64,000 bases of DNA. Origin: Callorhinchus milii (Eukaryota). Positions 25,761 through 37,858 of this stretch are shown in pieces (the first letter of the stretch is position 1; each line of letters begins with the position of its first letter). The position numbers and the translations under genes are program-made. The notes under the pieces were generated by a model. The model made no database searches, had not been told where the DNA came from, and worked only from the letters and a program-made list of their open reading frames with translations. The DNA lies in the NCBI RefSeq assembly GCF_018977255.1, contig NW_024704742.1, forward strand, positions 18,726,001-18,790,000. Direction: 5' to 3'.

Positions 25761-26084
25761 GCAGTATTTTCTTTTGTTGCAGTTACTGATTATAATAACC
25801 AATACAGGGTGTCCCTGCCTTGCCAGAGCATGTTTTTTCTTATATCATGGGTCTCTTGTGGATCTCCTTGGTTATGACGAGGGTGGTACACTTCTTGTTT
25901 TCAGTGCAGACTGGCACATTTCCTTGTCATGCAGAAAGCCAGGTGGTCAGGCCTGACAACTTTTGCGTGTGCTTTTTGTGTGGAAAACTTTCACAAGAGC
26001 AGTTGTGGGTGATTGGCTAGCTTCCTGTGCACCTCTGAATGTGTAGATAGCCAACCAGCTGAAACCAGGAAACAAAAGTTCTGT

Positions 26085-26348
26085 TTGTCCATTAAGGTGG
26101 ACATTAAGGATTCCATGGCACCATTCGGAAACGTGAAGGGAGTTTCTTCCAGTGTCCTATCCAACAGTACCCCAGATAAAATTGTTCATTCATTTCATGA
26201 CTAATTGTGGGACATTTCTGTGTGCAAATTGGCTGCCACTTTGGCCTACAATGCACACAGTCACGACAGTTTACAGTAAACCTTGTGAAGCACTCTGACA
26301 CATTCTCCTGGCATGAAAGGTGCTATTACAAATGAAAAGATTATTATT
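26085..26348 (+). mobile_element. Deu-domain SINE fragment
   Basis: GGTGGACATTAAGGATTCCATGGCAC...GTGGGACATTTCTGTGTGCAAATTGGCTGCC...tail. Confidence 0.8.
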
Positions 26349-26349
26349 A

Positions 26350-27330
26350 ACTTGCCAGAACATGTAGACTTATAGGGATAAAAAATGCAGCATTTAATGT
26401 CACACTTAATGCGGGCAATAACTGTATCATCCCAAAGATTATGATCAATGTTGTTTTTAACTATCAACAAATTTGGAAGTGTCTTTTTGTTCCAAATATT
26501 GGTATGACGGTTTGTTCTGAAGCCCCTTTTCAAAAATGTTGCCGCTATTTTAGGTTCTGGCTTAAAAGAAACAACTCTAAGTCTTTTACTCCATTCGGAG
26601 CCAATGCTTGCGTGCTGCTTCACAAGGATACCTGTTGAGTTAAGATAATAATAAAAATCCTTTCATTTCAATGCACTTCACAAAATATATGGTAAAGTGG
26701 ATTGACTCTGTATTTTGTGGGTGAAAACGTGGCAGCCAATTCCGCACAGCAATGTCCCACAAACAGTCGTTTGTGATGATACCGTATCTTAGATGCACTG
26801 AATTCGAAATAACAAATAAAAATCTGATCTCTTAGGCCCAATCATTGTGTCAAAGTTAAGGGAGGGAATGATATTATCCTTAAGACTATTGCCAGAACAT
26901 TTACATCGGTACAAAAATTTGGATTATTCTTAAATTCAGTCTTGCTTAAGAAACTATTTTTCCCAACAATTCTTTAAAAAGAGCAGAAAACTGATTGAAG
27001 CTGTTAAGGCTCTTAAACTTCTCCTGAATGTTCTTTCTATTCTTTTCCGTATTCCATGTGCTGCATACCTCAACAACTTCATCACTGTTCTCTTAAGAGC
27101 TAGAAACCTCAAGCCATTACATTTCTCTCCAATGCTTAAGGTTAAATTATTATTCATCTACCTTTACTAGATGCTAAAGGCACTCTTGGGTTTCCACTCA
27201 GGAGTTACAACTTTGTCCAGAGTAGCCCGCAGGTAACCAGCACATCAGATATTCATTACCTCTATTATGTCTGACTTCAGATAGCACATTTCAAAATTTC
27301 TGAAACCATGTTACCATATCTGTAATTTCC
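26350..27330 (-). mobile_element. APE endonuclease region of an ancient LINE, interrupted by a SINE fragment (about 26645-26770)
   Basis: SDIIEV, LRVVSFK..TFLKRGF and NIIPSLNF resemble APE-region motifs; same strand as and upstream of the 23850-25100 RT. Confidence 0.4.
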
Positions 27331-27584
27331 AGCAAGCTCTTTCTCCTTCCTCCATCCTTTATTTGCGCATTGTAAACTCAGTTGCTGGACCGTAGAGCTG
27401 TTTTGTATTAGTTATATACTCAGGTGATTGTTCATTATGACCTTTTGAAGCACTCCAAGGCGCTACGCCCCATGAAAGGCACTGCATAAGTGCAAGTTGT
27501 TGTTGTTGAAGTGCAGCACCAACACATACTTTCATCACCTTAGGTGATATGTCTAATTGTGGTCTGTGCACTAAACAATGAATT

Positions 27585-27912
27585 GCCTTCTGCCACTCTG
27601 CCCCTATCCTCTGGAACTCCATCCTGCAGTTCTTCCACCTGGTCCCCTCCCTTGCCTCCTTCAAGATCTATCTCAAAACCCTCCTTCGACTGTGCTGTCG
27701 ATCACCCTGCTTTCCCCCCTGTCCTCTCCAATTCTGACTCCCAGCTCGGGTCTGAAACACTGACTGTCCAGCACCTTGGGATGTCCTCCCGATGCGAAAG
27801 GCGCTATACAAATGTCATTTTGTTCTTGTGTTATTGTTGTATTTTCTGTGAAGTGCTTTAGACATCTCAATGACATGATAAGGCACTATATCAAATGTAA
27901 GGATTATTATTT
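27585..27912 (+). mobile_element. L2 3' fragment with a SINE tail fragment appended
   Basis: CTCTGGAACTCCATCC...GGGATGTCCTCCCGATGCGAAAGGCGCTATACAAATG(TTG)n then CTGTGAAGTGCTTTAGACATCTCAATGAC...GGATTATT. Confidence 0.85.
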
Positions 27913-28089
27913 TTTTATAATTATACTGGCTGCTACTGAATCTGGCTGTAAAGATACCTGTGCCTTTGTTAAACAAACCCTTCTCTAGAAGCAAGATGCA
28001 AAGGCTCTGCTCCCCTAACTGAACTACTTTCCACCTAAAGACAGATTCTCTTTCTTTAAGTTTGATCTCTCTCTCGTTGTTACTTTTCA

Positions 28090-28640
28090 GCTCTGACTAA
28101 TGATATGAAATTACAGTGGATAAGTGATGGAGCTACAGAGAAAACCTGTTGATCTAAAGATTGTTGTGGAGCTTAAAATAAACAAAGATTTATCAGTTAA
28201 AAAGGTGAGAAGTGTATTAGGATGAACCCTATCTCCAGTCTTCTGTGAAAGAGGAAGAATGGACACGCTACTTTCTAAATGGAGAAGCACATTTGCACAT
28301 AAACAAATTTAAAAGCCTGGGTTTGTAAGTTGTTAAATACTTATTTGCAGATAGAGATGCAATTAGAATGAAGTTAACAAGTTGCTAGAGGTCTTGATAT
28401 CAAAGCAAGGAATTACTAGTGGACTTTTGTAGACTGTTGTTCAAATCTCATTTTGAATTCGGGGTTCAGGGTTTGGCACTCCACCATAAGAGGAGTTAGC
28501 TGGGTTTGAAGAAAGTACTGCAACAATTCAACAGAATGGTCGGGATAAAAAGGACTTAGATATGATAAGAGGCTTGCAAATGCAGGTTACACTATATTCA
28601 TTAGAGGTGAAGAGATTATGGGTTAACCTTCTTAAGGGCT
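28090..28640 (+). mobile_element. Old CR1 ORF2 fragment
   Basis: CAAATCTCATTTTGAATT..GTTCAGGGTTTGGCACTCCAC (cf. HLEY.VQFW.P), TATGATAAGAGGCTT (Y.ERL). Confidence 0.65.
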
Positions 28641-28845
28641 TTACAATAATGAATACAGATGTGGAATGCCGATTATCTTTGAAGGCAAATCCGGTACAAA
28701 ATGGAGATAGGAGTAAAGAATGTGATTTTTAATGATGTGATGATAATTATCAACTTGTGAAACATTGCATCTCAATCCTATCTTTAACTGTTGACAGACT
28801 AAGCACTCCAAGATGTTACCTGCATGAAGTGCGCCATATAAATGC

Positions 28846-28997
28846 CAAACAAAAACAGAAGTCGTTGGGAAACTCAGCAGGTCAGGCAGCATCTATGAAG
28901 AAAGGAAAGTGAGTCAATGTTTCCGGTCCATGACCCTATGTCAGAACTTTTTTGTTTTCAGATTTCCAGCATCTGCAGTATTTTATGTTTTGCTTAC
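28846..28997. mobile_element. Penelope-like (PLE) terminal-repeat mini-insertion with internal inversion, inside an L2 tail
   Basis: CTCAGCAGGTCAGGCAGCATCT (minus) plus CAGATTTCCAGCATCTGCAGTATTTT (plus); flanked by ATAAATGC at 28838-28845 and 28998-29005. Confidence 0.75.
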
Positions 28998-29409
28998 ATA
29001 AATGCAAGTTGTTGTTGTTGGTATGAACCTCCTTCAGCAGAGTGACTTGATCCATAATTTTGATAGAGATTGATGGGAATCCTGATTAATTTCTCCTTTC
29101 CATTCCGCACGATATTGAGGATAATTGTAGATTCCCAACTACTCCTCCAACTGAGATGTCCAAATTTAGAAAAGACCGAGGATCATATGTAGCACCCTTC
29201 CTGGTCTATGAAACGTGGCTATTCACTGAATAAACTCACTGAGTCATGTGATAAGCAGCACAGAGACAGCTTTATACAGCTTCTGAAACAACCCAAAGAA
29301 ATCTATTATTTTATCATCATTATTTTCAATAAAATACATTGTGTTTAAGTATTTGGGAGGAATGTTTTCTTGTGACATTTCTAATCATGATCTGCTTTTG
29401 CACAACAAT

Positions 29410-29660
29410 ACAACCTGTCCAGGTGGTTGTTAAAGATCCCGTGGCACTACTCAAAAAGAGACTGACCCGAGTTTATCCAGCTGTCCTGGCCAACAATCTC
29501 CCAAATAAAATTGGTCACTCATTCCATGGCTGTTTGTGGGACATGGCTGTGCTTAACTGGCTGCTGGTTCACCCACAAAAAACACACTGTCACACAACTT
29601 CACTGTGTCTCTTGTATGATGTAATAATAGCTATATCAAGTGGAAGGATTATTATAAGGA
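29410..29660 (+). mobile_element. Deu-domain SINE fragment
   Basis: GGTGGTTGTTAAAGATCCCGTGGCACTA...GGCTGTTTGTGGGACATGGCTGTG. Confidence 0.8.
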
Positions 29661-30384
29661 ATATTATACAATAATAAATCAGGTCATAGTTTACAAACAA
29701 AAGCAACTTGTGTACACTGCCCTAAACATATCTGTACTGAACATATTTGCATTGAGCAGACCTGCACCAAACGTTGGGACTAAATATAGAAGCCAATTAA
29801 TCGTAAGCTGAAGATCAATCACCAGTTGCCGAAGTTTCAGAATCAGGATATTTCTGATGCTGTGATCCATGGAAGATAGACAGCAAATCAATAAAGTCTG
29901 ATAGTCAGTGTAATTTTTTTTTGCTGGAGCTGCTATCTGCTTGTTTTCAGAATCTGACACCTGACAGCTTACATCCTAGAGACGTGCTCCTGCCAAATTC
30001 CAATGCTGCAAGAAGCTTTGATGAGCTCTATAAGATCACAGCACTTTCCAGTCTTATTTTATTTTGCAGAAGTGAATTAAATGGATATTGTCGACTGATC
30101 CAAGTCCCTTACCATGTCTGTACTGGAAATGTTAAAACTTCTGCCACAGCAATAACTGCAAATAATCCTTCCATTTGATATACACTAGAGCTCCTTTATA
30201 ATGCAATAGTTGGCATCAGAAAAAAATGAGTCGACCTTAAAACGAGCTTGCGATCGCCAGTCAGTGCTTCTGAGTTCATTGTGTGTGTGCGTTCAGCCAG
30301 ACAGTTTGTTTCCCGTCCACTGGCTGATTCCCGAAACTCTGGAACACTTGCCCTCTACTCCCCATCTTTAGGTTGCACCTGAAG

Positions 30385-30895
30385 ACCTCACTTCAGTGGG
30401 GACTTCTAGAGATGTATAACATTTTAAATGGAATTGAAAAAATATCCCAGAACAATACTTCAGGATGCACCAAGACAGTAGAACAAGTAAGAATTGCAAA
30501 GGTCAATTTCAGGACAGATACCATTTTCTTCATTTTCAAAAAAATATTTATTAATTATTAATTATTCAGAGTCCATAGGGCTATTATTCAACTTCCAACA
30601 CATTCATTACACATTTAGAAGAAAAGTTAGAGGTTTCACACCAGACTGACAGTAGAACAAAAGGACACAGGTTTCGCATTACAATGGGCAGTTTCAGAAC
30701 AGACTTCAGGAAGTATTTTTTTCACCCAGAGGATAATTAACGACTGTAATAAGTTACCAGAAAGGGTGGTTGAGGCTTCAATACTGGACTTGTTTAAAAA
30801 ACAGCTTGATGCTGTGATGGTGGGACAATAGGGTTGATATTCTGGAAGGATGAGATCAGATTAGCTTCATCCAAACCAATCTTGTGATCTTGTGA
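30385..30895 (+). mobile_element. Two tandem CR1 3' fragments
   Basis: GACAGTAGAACAA...GGACAC, TTCACCCAGAGGATAATTAACGACTG, TTTAAAAAACAGCTTGATG; (ATCTTGTG)n tail. Confidence 0.75.
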
Positions 30896-31309
30896 TGATA
30901 GTTAAGAGCATTTAGAATGGGCTTCAAAAGTACTTCTGATAAAGTCAGAACTTTTCAACACATTTCACAAAGAACCACTGTCAAGTGGAGTGATTGAGTA
31001 TTTGGAGGCATACATGGCAGCTAATTTGTACACACCATAAAGAGCCATGGAATGTCAATTTATCTGGAGAGTTATGGCCACCAGCATGCACAAATGACAG
31101 CTTCTGAATGCAACATTTAGAACAGGTTGTTCCTGCGACTGAAAAGTCCCTCAATGTTGCAATAATATTTAGGTTGCTTCTCTTTATCATGAGCAAACAC
31201 ACTGCCAAAAGTGTAACGGACGTTATAATTCTGACTGACATTTTAATATGTAACCTTTTTTTTTCTTTGAAGTTCTGATTACATTTGATAGATGGGAAAT
31301 GGCACTTCC

Positions 31310-31520
31310 TGTGGGCAAGCTTTGTAAAATTATTTTCACCTTCCACTCTGCTAACTCATGAGGCTCAGCAAGTGGATATTCTTCATGTGTGAGCCTAAGC
31401 AGTGAGTTCAGTGGGCTGTTCAGTTGTACGGATATTATAACTATGGATATAATAGTCAAACCATTCCAACCCATCCCCATACATGTAAGAAGAACACACG
31501 CTGACCACTCAATATAAAAA
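31310..31520 (-). mobile_element. AmnSINE2-like relic
   Basis: ATTCTTCATGTGTGAGCCTAAGCAGTGAGT is the reverse of the family segment seen at 19815-19850. Confidence 0.5.
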
Positions 31521-31592
31521 ACCTGACACAAGACGCCTAGTTTTGAAAGCAGGATTAGAGATCCATGAGGAGGTCACACATTCACACATTGT

Positions 31593-31911
31593 GGAGTCCT
31601 ATAGCTCAGTGATTAAAAGCACTCGTCTCTCAAGCGAAAGACTTGGCTTGGATTCCCGACAGGGCCAAACCTTGGACAAGTTTCCTTACTCCACACGTCT
31701 GATAATAATCCCTCAAGAAAAAAAATAATAAATTGGGCACTTCAATCCACGACTGTTTGTGGGACACAGCTGTGCGCAGTTCACTGCTGTGATTTGCCCA
31801 CAAATATGCAGTCAATTTACTTTACAGTATATTCTTGAAGCACTTTGAGATGTCGAGCAGACGTGAAAAGCGCTATATCAAATGCAAGGATTATTATTAT
31901 TATTTATTATT
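31593..31911 (+). mobile_element. Full-length tRNA-derived Deu-SINE (short variant)
   Basis: GGAGTCCTATAGCTCAGTG (A box)...GGATTCC (B-box region), Deu core, L2-like tail and (ATT)n. Confidence 0.92.
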
Positions 31912-31974
31912 CTGAGTATAAACAAAATTCTGTGAGTTAATGAGATTGGCTTTAACAAGACAAAGTCCTTCAAA

Positions 31975-32142
31975 ATAAAATTGGCCACTCAGTCCATAGC
32001 TGTTTATTGGACATTGCTATGCACATATTGACTGCTGCATTCGCCCACAAACTCCACACAATCACATTACTTTGCAGTATATCCTGCGAAACGTTTTGAG
32101 ACATCTTGACGATGTGCTAAATCAAATGCAAGGATTATTATA
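31975..32142 (+). mobile_element. Deu-SINE 3' fragment
   Basis: AAATTGGCCACTCAGTCCATAGCTGTTT...ATCAAATGCAAGGATTATT. Confidence 0.8.
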
Positions 32143-32569
32143 AACTACAATCCAGATATGTGCTATCTCTGTTTTTGACAGCCATGCAATACTCTAAAGA
32201 TAAATCCCATCTTCTCTTTTGATGGTAAAATAATTCAACATTTAAAGAGCATGATATATACAGAAGTAGTTGCCAGCACTCCATCAGAGGAGGGGAGGAA
32301 GAGGGGTAAGGAGCATTTCAAAATCCTGGCTATGCCCTGATCACCTTTTATGCATTTCCCAGCACAGTATTCAACAGAGGCACTTTCCTATATTGTCAGG
32401 GCTCAGATCATTTAATTGAGTACTGAATGCATATTATTAAATCTAGGATCATTGTGGTCAGTATGGCTGAACAACCGGGGCATCTACTAGTGAGATTTTG
32501 CAGCGTTCCATTGTTGTTTGTTGAACAACTATGTCTCCCTAAGACATTAATGTGCACCCACAGAAGTTG

Positions 32570-33808
32570 ATTTGACACCGTGGACCACTCAATCCTCCTC
32601 CACCGCCTCTCCTCTCACCTCAACCTTCAAGGTTCTGTCCTTGACTGGTTCTGGTCCTACCTTTCGCACAGCCTCCACTTTGTCACGGCAAACGACTTCT
32701 CCTCCAGCCCCCGCACTGTCTCGTGCAGTGTTCCTCAGGGCTCTGTCCTCAGTCCGCTCCTTTTCACCGTATGCGTGCTCCCCCTTGGTGACGTCATTCG
32801 CAGACATGGGGTAAATTTCCACATGTGGGCGGATCACACCCAACTCTTTCTCTCTGCCTCCACCCTGAACTCCAGGACTACTGGCGTCCTGACCGATTGC
32901 CTGTCCGACATCAAGTCCTCGCCGAGGGCCAATTTTCTCTAATTCAACGTCAGCAAGACCAAAGCCCTCCTGATTGGCTCGCGCCAGCGCATCCGCATCT
33001 CAGGCACTGGCAGCATCAGCCTCCACGGCTGCACCTCAACCTCACTAAGCCAGTCAGGAACCTGGGTGTCTTGTTTGACCCGGAACTGTCCTTTCTCCTC
33101 CACATCCGCGCCTTGACTGACACTGCCTACCACCACCTCCGCAACATTACCAGACTCCGCCACTGCCTCACCCCTCAGACTGCCGAAACCCTCGCCCACG
33201 CATTTGTCACATCAAGGCTCAATTACGGGAATGCCCTCCTCATCGGCATTCCCAACTCTTCCCTTCACAAGCTGCAGATCATCCAAAACTCTGCAGCTCG
33301 TGTACCCTCATGCAACAGGCTCCATGACCCCATCACTCCCACCCTCGCCCGACTCCACTGGTTCCCCATTCCCCCAGAGGATCAAGTTTAAGATCCTTGT
33401 CTTCACCGTTAAGGCCATCCATGGCCTTGCCCCCTCATACCTCTCTGACCTGCTGACTCCCTACCAACTTGCCCGCTCCCTCCGTTCAGCGGGCTCTGGC
33501 CTGCTCCATGTCTCCCGCCCGACCCGCCCTACCATCGGTGGCCGTGCTTTCAGCCTCTCTGCCCTCACACTCTGGAACTCCATCCCATGGTCCCTTCACC
33601 TCGGTTCCTCCCTTGCCTCCTTCAAGGCCGGCCTCAAGACCCTTCTCTTCGACCGTGCCTTTGGTCTCCCTCCCACCTCTCTGCCTTCCCTCACCCCTAC
33701 ACCACCCCTCCCCCATGCTCGGGCCCCAACACCCGACTGTATAGCGCTTTGGGACGTCCTCCCGACGTGAAAGGCACTCTATAAATGTAATTTTGTTGTT
33801 GTTGTTGC
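32570..33808 (+). mobile_element. L2 LINE, 5'-truncated, relatively young
   Basis: VPQGSVLSPLLF, NFHMWADHTQL, VRNLGVLFDPELSF, HAFVTSRLNYGN, RIKFKIL; tail GGGACGTCCTCCCGACGTGAAAGGCACTCTATAAATG(TTG)n. Confidence 0.95.
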
Positions 33809-34410
33809 TGATTGCTATTTCACTGACATTTCCTTTCTTCACATTTAGGTGTCACCTTCATGCCAAGTAATTTTAAAACATACATTCTAGTCAATGTATA
33901 AATTATACTTGTTCCAACATATTGTCACTTTATATGGCATTTCATCACATCAGGCATGACTAAATGAGCTGGGTGAGGAAATTGAGACAGACATTAAATA
34001 AGACAGACAAGGAAGGCAGATTTAGATACACAAAATGACAGAAATTTGTCATGGCAGCTAGAGAGAAAAACAAATTAGATGAAGAAACTGTGTTACAAAA
34101 AGTTAACTGATTGAATTGACTTCAGAAGATTGATGAAAAGCAATTTGAACAAGGATGGCTATATGCTGGCAAACTACAAGCAAGCACACTCTAAGCTCAT
34201 TGTTGGCAACTTCATAAATTTTGAAACTATGAGAGTAATATTTGCAGAATTTCATAACTATTGCTGGTGTTTATTGTTGACCATTAGATGGCAGCACACC
34301 TGTCCTGATAACTGGTTCATTCCTTTACATATCCAGCCATCCTCCTTCTTCTATTTTGAAATGACAGTGAGTTGTTTTTATAAATTGTAGCTCCTAGTGA
34401 GGTTTCTATT

Positions 34411-34838
34411 TTTTTCTTTTAATATTCAGTTTCTTGGGTTCATCTGCTGAGGAGAGGCGAAATCCACACTTTTCCTTATCAGAGATTAACATTTTACCAA
34501 TTGAAAAGGGAAAAACTCCTTTCTCATTTCAAATAATATCATAGGACCTGTCCTTCTTATGAGATATTAAACTAATAATATCTAATGTCTGCCTGTTCAG
34601 GTGGACATTAAAGATCCCATGTCAGTATTTGAAAAGAGGAGTCTTGATGTCCTGTCAAATAAAACAATCCCCCAAATAAAATTGGTCGTTTCTTTCATGG
34701 CTGCTTGTTGGATATTGCTGCATGCAATTGTGCTACCTATAAATACAGTCACTCCAATTCAAATAATTCCTGTGAAACGCTTTGAGAAGTCCTTCCAATG
34801 TGATAAGGTGCTATACCAAATGCAAGGATTATTATTAG
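34411..34838 (+). mobile_element. Composite Deu-SINE with unexplained 5' head (copy 2)
   Basis: TCTTGGGTTCATCTGCTGAGGAGAG shared with 23043; then inverted SINE piece and forward SINE body. Confidence 0.8.
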
Positions 34839-35298
34839 TTTCCACTTGAATAGGCAAACACACCTTAACTTAGCATTTCATCTGAAGGGTGGATCCTCTA
34901 CAATACAGTATTAAACCAATACTGCACTGGGTTGCCTTCCTGGATTATAAACTCAAAATCTCTCACATGAGACTTGAACCCATAACCTTTCAACCCAAAG
35001 GAAAAGTACTACGAAAAGAACCAAACTTACATTTATGAAATGGGCAACGAAAGCTGTAAGTAAAACAAGAAACAGACTTTAAAGATAGAAATTAAAAAAG
35101 ATAAAGTTATGTATTTAATAGTTAAAATAAAAGAAGAAAAAATAGAAACAGAGTAAAAATAAGTACTTTCAGAAATGTCATTCGTAAGATAAAAATGTGG
35201 CTTGCATTTATTTTGGTGGATTGCAGTTCATCTTAGAGTGATAAATCTATCCTAATATTTAACTAGATTCATTATTGTAATTTTTAAATAATTTTTAA

Positions 35299-35441
35299 AG
35301 TTCTGGTCGATGACCGTTCTGACCTGAAATGTTAACTCATTTTCTTCTCTCTATAGATGCTGTCTGACCTGTTGTGTCTTTCCAATAACTTCTGTGTTTA
35401 TATCAGATTTCCAGCATCTGCAGTACTTTGCCTTTTTTATT
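35299..35441 (+). mobile_element. Penelope-like terminal repeat fragment
   Basis: TGACCTGAAATGTTAACTC...TAGATGCTGTCTGACCTG...AGATTTCCAGCATCTGCAGTACTTTGC. Confidence 0.75.
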
Positions 35442-35764
35442 GTTTAATTCACTGCCACTTCTCTTCCAGCAATGCCTTCCTTGAAGAAGTTCTGATCTTC
35501 TCTTCAATGCACCTTTTGCTTTTCTCTTCTGTCCTTTCACCTTTTCTTACTATCTGTCTCTTTTCTTGTATTTGATGATGTGTTTGCTAAAATTCAGTTT
35601 CTCAACAATAATAATAATCCTTGCATTTAAAATAGCGCCTTTCACGTCTTCTAGACGTCTCAAAGCGCTTCACAGAATATGCTGTAAAGTGAATTGACCA
35701 TATATTGTGGGTGAAACAACATCAGCAATTGTCTCATCCCATATGGATTCTGTCTTAAGTTTCA

Positions 35765-35870
35765 ATTCTGACAAAAGGTCATTGACCTGAAACATTAATT
35801 AATTTTCCTCTCTCCATAGATGCTGCCTGATCTGCTGCATGTTCCCAGCGACTTTTATCCATTTATTATT
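35765..35870 (+). mobile_element. Penelope-like terminal repeat fragment with hammerhead-like core
   Basis: CTGACAA-AAGGTCATTGACCT-GAAAC then TAGATGCTGCCTGATCTGCTG. Confidence 0.7.
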
Positions 35871-36641
35871 TTTAAAGCTGAACGTCCTTAGAACTGCTTG
35901 TATGCTAAGGGTTAAATATATCTGAACACCAAAAACAAGAGTCTTCATAAGCATCTCTATTTTATCATCAAAACTAATGCCAGAGAAAGAATAACTGGTA
36001 AAATAAATAATACACAAAAAATGTATCTGACAGTAATGAGTGGCAGGAAACCATCAGAGCCATGCACCTCTTAAATTTTACCCTACCAGTTTTTCTGACA
36101 CTTTAATTTTTACTCGTTCATCTTCACACCATATGGCCAGGAAGCATTGTGCGCTCACCTCTTATCTCTGTTCTTAAGGAATTGAGCCCAGGTGGCTGAT
36201 GGCAGTCTAATCCATTCCATCAGAATGAGTGATGACTTTTGTCAGACTATGGCGCAGTGGCAAAATTGAGCCTTATGAGGCAGATCATCCCTGGAAGCTA
36301 ACGTTCTCCAATTCCGGTTCTGTCTGGCTACTGCCGACCAATCTCTGGAACAACATAAGCATAAGGAACTGCAAAGGTCATATCTGAAGTAAGGCTTGTG
36401 TTTCCAAGTGAAATGTTCAGTTGGATCCTGGAGTCAAAGAAAGGAGTGCAAACGTGGCTCACAGTTAGTAAAATCAATCTTCTGAGCCAATCTGTTCTGC
36501 AGTCCATTCATTTGGTTTGTTTCATTGTCTATTGGGTACCTCTTTACTTCATTGTGAGTTAAATAAGCAGTAATTGTGACTTGTACTATGACAACATTCA
36601 GTGATTGCAGTAAATAGGGATTGTCCTTGTTAGAACTTCAT

Positions 36642-37011
36642 GGAGTCCTGCAGCTCAATGGTTAGAGCACTCACCTGTGTTCTATTCCCGGCAGGGCAAA
36701 ATGTTGGGCAAGTTTCCTTACTCCACCAGGCTCTGTTTACCTAGCAGTAAGTAGGAACCCGGTTGTTAGTCGATTGGTGGATCACTTTTCCGGGGATAAT
36801 AATCCCTCAAAAAAAAACAATAATAATTTGGTCACTCAATCCACGACTGTTTGTGGGACACTGTTGTGCGTAATTGGCTGCCGCGTTTTGCCCACAAATA
36901 CACAGTCAATTCACTTTACAGTATATTCTGTGAAGCGCCTTGAGATATCTAGAAGATGTAAGAAACTCTATATCAAATGCAAGGATTATTATTATTACTA
37001 TTATCATCATT
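36642..37011 (+). mobile_element. tRNA-derived Deu-SINE (long variant)
   Basis: tRNA head GGAGTCCTGCAGCTCAATGGTTAGAGCAC; extra segment CTCTGTTTACCTAGCAGTAAGTAGGAACCCGGTTGTTAGTCG; Deu core; tail. Confidence 0.92.
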
Positions 37012-37348
37012 GATGCTGCCCTTGGAGCTCCAATGTCTGTGTAGTTAATACTGGAGTTGAAGATAGTAGCATCTGCTCATCGGGGCTGACTGTGCCTCTC
37101 TTTGCCCACTGTAGAATACTGCTGACAGTTTCTTGGCAAGCTAACGTTCACAGCTGGAGGAGCGCCATGATGGTTGGGAATGAGGAAAGTAAGAAAAAGT
37201 GGCAAGATAGGAAAAGGAGACAGAGCTACTGCAGTGAGGATGGTCAACAAGATTCACAGTTTAAACAAGCGTAAAAAGTAGCAGCCCAAATTTGAGCGAG
37301 CTGTGCTCTTTTTGAAAATAATATTTTAGTTATGTAAGTAATACAGAT

Positions 37349-37858
37349 ACAACAACAACAACAAGATTCCATTTATAGAGCGCCCTTCATGTCGGGAGGA
37401 CGTCCCAAAGCGCTGGACAGTTGGGTCAGGACCCGAGCAGGGGGGAAATGGTCAGGGTGAGGGAAGGGAGGGAGCGAGGAGGGGAGAAATGGTCAGGGTG
37501 AGGGGAGGGAAGGGAGGGGGCGAGGAGGGGGTAGAGAGTCGAGAGGGGAGCTGAAGGCACGGTCAAAGAGAAAGATCTTGAGACCGGCCTTGAAGGAGGA
37601 AAGGGAGGAGGCGGCGAAGGCACTGGGGAATGGAGTTCCAGAGCCTAGGGGCTGAGAGGCTGAAGGCCCGGCCACCGATGGTAGGGCGGTTGGGGCGGGG
37701 GATGTGGAGCAGACCGGAGCCAGAGGAACTGATGGTACGGGCAGGTAGATAGGGGGATAGTAAGTCGGAGAAAAAGGAGGGAGCGAGGTCGTGAATGGCC
37801 TTGTAGGTGAGGATGAGGATCTTGAATTCGATCCTCTGGGGGATGGGAAGCCGGTGGA
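37349..37858 (-). mobile_element. L2 LINE 3' fragment, young, with a short tandem duplication in the 3' UTR
   Basis: (CAA)n, GTCGGGAGGACGTCCCAAAGCGC, duplicated GAAATGGTCAGGGTGAGGG; RIEFKIL on minus. Confidence 0.92.

Noticed and set aside
29921..30178. 85-aa ORF after an acceptor-like site
   Set aside because: No recognisable homology; it ends in a SINE tail fragment.
34444..34470. CTGCTGAG..GCGAAA as a hammerhead ribozyme in the composite SINE head
   Set aside because: Core deviates from CUGANGA, stem II is essentially absent, and GAAA is not kept in the 23055 copy.
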